Below the pieces are notes generated by a model. It worked only from the letters and a program-made list of their open reading frames with translations. It was not told where the DNA came from and ran no database searches. Source: Candidatus Marinacidobacterales bacterium (GTDB lineage Bacteria > Acidobacteriota > Vicinamibacteria > Marinacidobacterales > DATDRI01). Taken from it: a stretch of 64,000 nt of DNA. A program made the position numbers and the translations under genes. The stretch covers positions 1,248,001 to 1,312,000 of the forward strand of contig OZ244742.1 in the NCBI GenBank assembly GCA_965219415.1, in the 5' to 3' direction. Within the stretch, counting starts at the first letter, position 1, and the number at the start of each line of letters is the position of its first letter. Of the stretch, positions 61,564 to 64,000 are shown in pieces.

Positions 61564-63385
61564 ATGTTCGCAGCTATCGCATTCGCCCTGGTCGTCGTGA
61601 GCGGGGCCCTCTGGTGGGTGACTCTACGATTCCTCGGCGTCTATCGACGGGTTCCGGTCGAGAACTACCTAATCCTTGCCTTGGCTGCAGGAATAGGGCT
61701 CTACGCACTGATTCACCAACCGTCCGTATTGAACGGTGCCGCAGTCCTAGTGCCCACGGTTGTTTTGGGATTAGCGGCTTGGTATCTCAACCGGCGTCCA
61801 AGTTTTCGCCATCAGTGTAGATGCCCCGGACGTCTCGGAAGCGTTTCGCACCAAGGTTGGTGCCGAGTTCACGTTCCTTTCCGACCAAGAACGAACCCTC
61901 ATCGACCGGCTAAACATCAAACACGACGACCCCTACGTGGACGCGGAGATCGCGTTCCCTACCGCGATATTGGTCGACAAATTCGGAATCGTCCGGTGGA
62001 TTAACGCGATGCAGTATGGGAACACTCGAATGACGCCGAACGAGTTGTTCGAGGCCATCGAGCGCATGACCCTCGAAGAACAAAACCGCGAGCTCAGAAG
62101 AGCGCGGGCGGTCAGCCAGGTAGTGCGGCAGGTCTTCTTGATGGAAAAGAGCGGTGATTTGGCGCAAGCGATCCATGTCATGAGGGAAGAGCTCCAACGG
62201 CTCGGGCTCGTTTTTTCGCTATGTTCGATCACGATTTTCGATGAGGGGGCCGACTCGCTCAAAATCTACCAGGATGCGAATGAGACCACAGACGGAGCAG
62301 CGGTCAAGAAGCGTCCGGTATCCCCGGTATCTGATGTCCCGATTCTCCAAGACCTAGTGGCGGCATGGCGGGAAACGCGTGTTTTTTGTGAGAACGTCGA
62401 CATATTTGATATTCGCTCCACACTAAGCATCCCCTTCAGTCACGGAACCGTCGTGCTCGGCGGAACGGAGCCGGATCAGTTCGAGGAAGACGACATCCAT
62501 ACGCTCGAGGAGTTCGCAAAAGCGATCTCCGTCGGTTACAAACGCTTCCTCGACTTCCAAGAGCTGGATCGCCGCAACCATGAGCTCCAAGAGACGCAGT
62601 TGCAGCTCATTCAATCCGAGAAGATGGCCTCGCTCGGGCAGTTGGTGGCGGGAGTGGCCCATGAGCTCAATACCCCAATGGGAGCGATCAATAGCAACAC
62701 TCAGATCGCCGCGACGGCTCTGGAGCGAGTTCGGAAGGCCCTCGACGATGGTCGGCTCTCCGAGGAATCAAACCGCCGGCGCTTCGGAGAGCTCGTTGCA
62801 AACCTCGAAAGTCTCAACGGGGTCAATCGGGATGCCTCCCTTCGCATGATCAGAATCGTCGACAGCCTCCGAAGCTTCGCACGGCTCGACGAGGCCGAGT
62901 GGAAGCGCGCCGACCTGAAAGAGGGGCTCGAAGACACACTCAGCCTCATGCAGCATGACCTCGGCGACCGTATCAAGGTCGTCAAGGAGTATGGAGACCT
63001 ACCCGATGTTCCCTGCTATCCCAAGCAGCTGAACCAAGCCTTCATGAGCCTCTTGATGAACGCCATCCAGGCGATCGATGGCCACGGGGAGGTCCGTATC
63101 CAAACTTATAGCGACGCGGCTCATGCGATTGTCAGGATTACCGACGACGGGCGTGGGATCCCCGAGGAACACCTTGGCCGGATCTTCGATCCCAGCTTTA
63201 CCACGCGCGGGGTCGGAGTGGGGACCGGTTTGGGGCTCGCGATCTCGTATCGGATTATCGAGAACCACCAAGGGACCCTGAGCGTGGAAAGCGAAGTTGG
63301 CGAAGGCTCCACTTTTACGATAGAAATACCGCTTCGCGCCGAGGCACCGCGGCCTGCGCAAACGAAGGTAGCGCACTCGCAGTAG
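61564..63385 (+). CDS. Sensor histidine kinase with N-terminal TMs, partial AhpC/TSA (redoxin) domain and GAF; internal deletion/frameshift near 61792
   Basis: Three TMs at 61564-61790. The frame of ORF 61937 extends back to 61793 as GVQVFAISVD...FTFLSD...PTAILVDKFGIVRW. It then has a GAF-like region, SEKMASLGQLVAGVAHELNTP, and DDGRG / GTGLGL. Confidence 0.75.
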
Positions 63386-63502
63386 GCGGCGGCCAAAGAG
63401 GTCGGTGCTACCAATCGACTTCGCCAGGCGGCGGGCCGATGGCAGGAAGCCGAGCAGAGCGGTCAGCTGTCCCGCAGCCACTTGTTGGCGAAGGGACCAG
63501 CC

Positions 63503-63520
63503 GTGGGGGTGGGGCCCCGC
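63503..63520. repeat. REP-like GGGGTGGGGCCCC hairpin
   Basis: Same core as 9938-9961 and 10045-10065. Confidence 0.5.
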
Positions 63521-63583
63521 CACCCTGACAAAAGAAGGAACTTTTGAGCGCCCCGGACCGTTTCAACCCGAGGAGATACTCTT

Positions 63584-64000
63584 ATGCTGGATAGAGCTTT
63601 TCGAACCTCACTCGCCCTGCCGCCGCTTCTGCTAGTCGGCCTCATGGGTCTTACGGAACGGGCTGGATGGGCCTATTCCGCTCAATCGACAAGTGGCACA
63701 CTCTTCGAAGAGCCGTTGAGCCCACGCATCGCAAACTATCAGATCGACGTGAAGTTGACCCCCGAGACGCGGACCCTCGAGGGAAAACAGTGCTGACTTG
63801 GTACAACAAAACCGGAGAGACGATCGACGAGCTCCGATTCCATCTCTATCTCAACGCCTTTCGCAATTCTCGCACGACCTTCATGCAGGAATCGGGGAGT
63901 ACCATGCGCGGCCACGCCATCGACGAAGAAGGATGGGGTTTCATCGAGGTCGACCGCTTGAGCCTCTCCCAGCTAGAGGAGCAAACCGACGATCGCCTGC
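63584..64000 (+). CDS. M1-family metallopeptidase N-terminus (frameshift near 63790; runs off the window)
   Basis: SPRIANYQIDVKL then, shifted, LTWYNKTGETIDELRFHLYLNAF. Confidence 0.7.

Overview
A GC-rich (about 60%, estimated by eye) bacterial chromosomal window. The gene content and order suggest an Acidobacteriota (Vicinamibacteria-like) or deltaproteobacteria-like diderm; this assignment is inference. Layout: (i) 1-10 kb is a decaying cell-surface island with a YfhO-like membrane protein and an alternating array of three alkaline-phosphatase-superfamily ('sulfatase-like') genes and two orphan PhnD-like binding proteins. The last enzyme carries PASTA repeats, and the array is interrupted by an ISL3 and an IS256, each with an 8-bp target duplication. 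(ii) 10-26 kb is a Myxococcus/Geobacter-type type IVa pilus locus (pilB-T-C-S-R, rhodanese, MauE, two pilins, ABC/pilHI-like genes, TPR/pilG-like gene, pilD, second PAS kinase) with a consensus sigma-54 promoter before pilA. pilS, pilR and the second pilin carry lesions. (iii) 26-38 kb holds kdsB-pyrG-kdsA-kdsD-kdsC-lapA-lapB and coaE-folD-accC-accB-M24 peptidase. (iv) 38-46.5 kb holds pilMNOPQ followed by a lipoprotein, a TPR protein and a roadblock (MglC-like) gene. (v) 47-55 kb holds rplM-rpsI-rpsB-[ISL3]-tsf-pyrH-frr-thrC-alaX. (vi) 55-64 kb holds a YaiO/HEAT/GT2 operon, a TAXI TRAP transporter, a TM-redoxin-GAF-histidine kinase fusion with an internal deletion, and an M1 peptidase start. 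Many single-base indels may be long-read errors, but exact tandem micro-duplications, deletions, a nonsense codon and IS insertions fall in accessory genes while core genes are intact. I found no tRNA, rRNA or CRISPR array. Best candidates for an undescribed system are the PhnD-like/AlkP-transferase(+PASTA)/YfhO module next to the pilus locus, the redoxin-fused sensor kinase, and the rhodanese-MauE pair placed before Cys-rich pilins.
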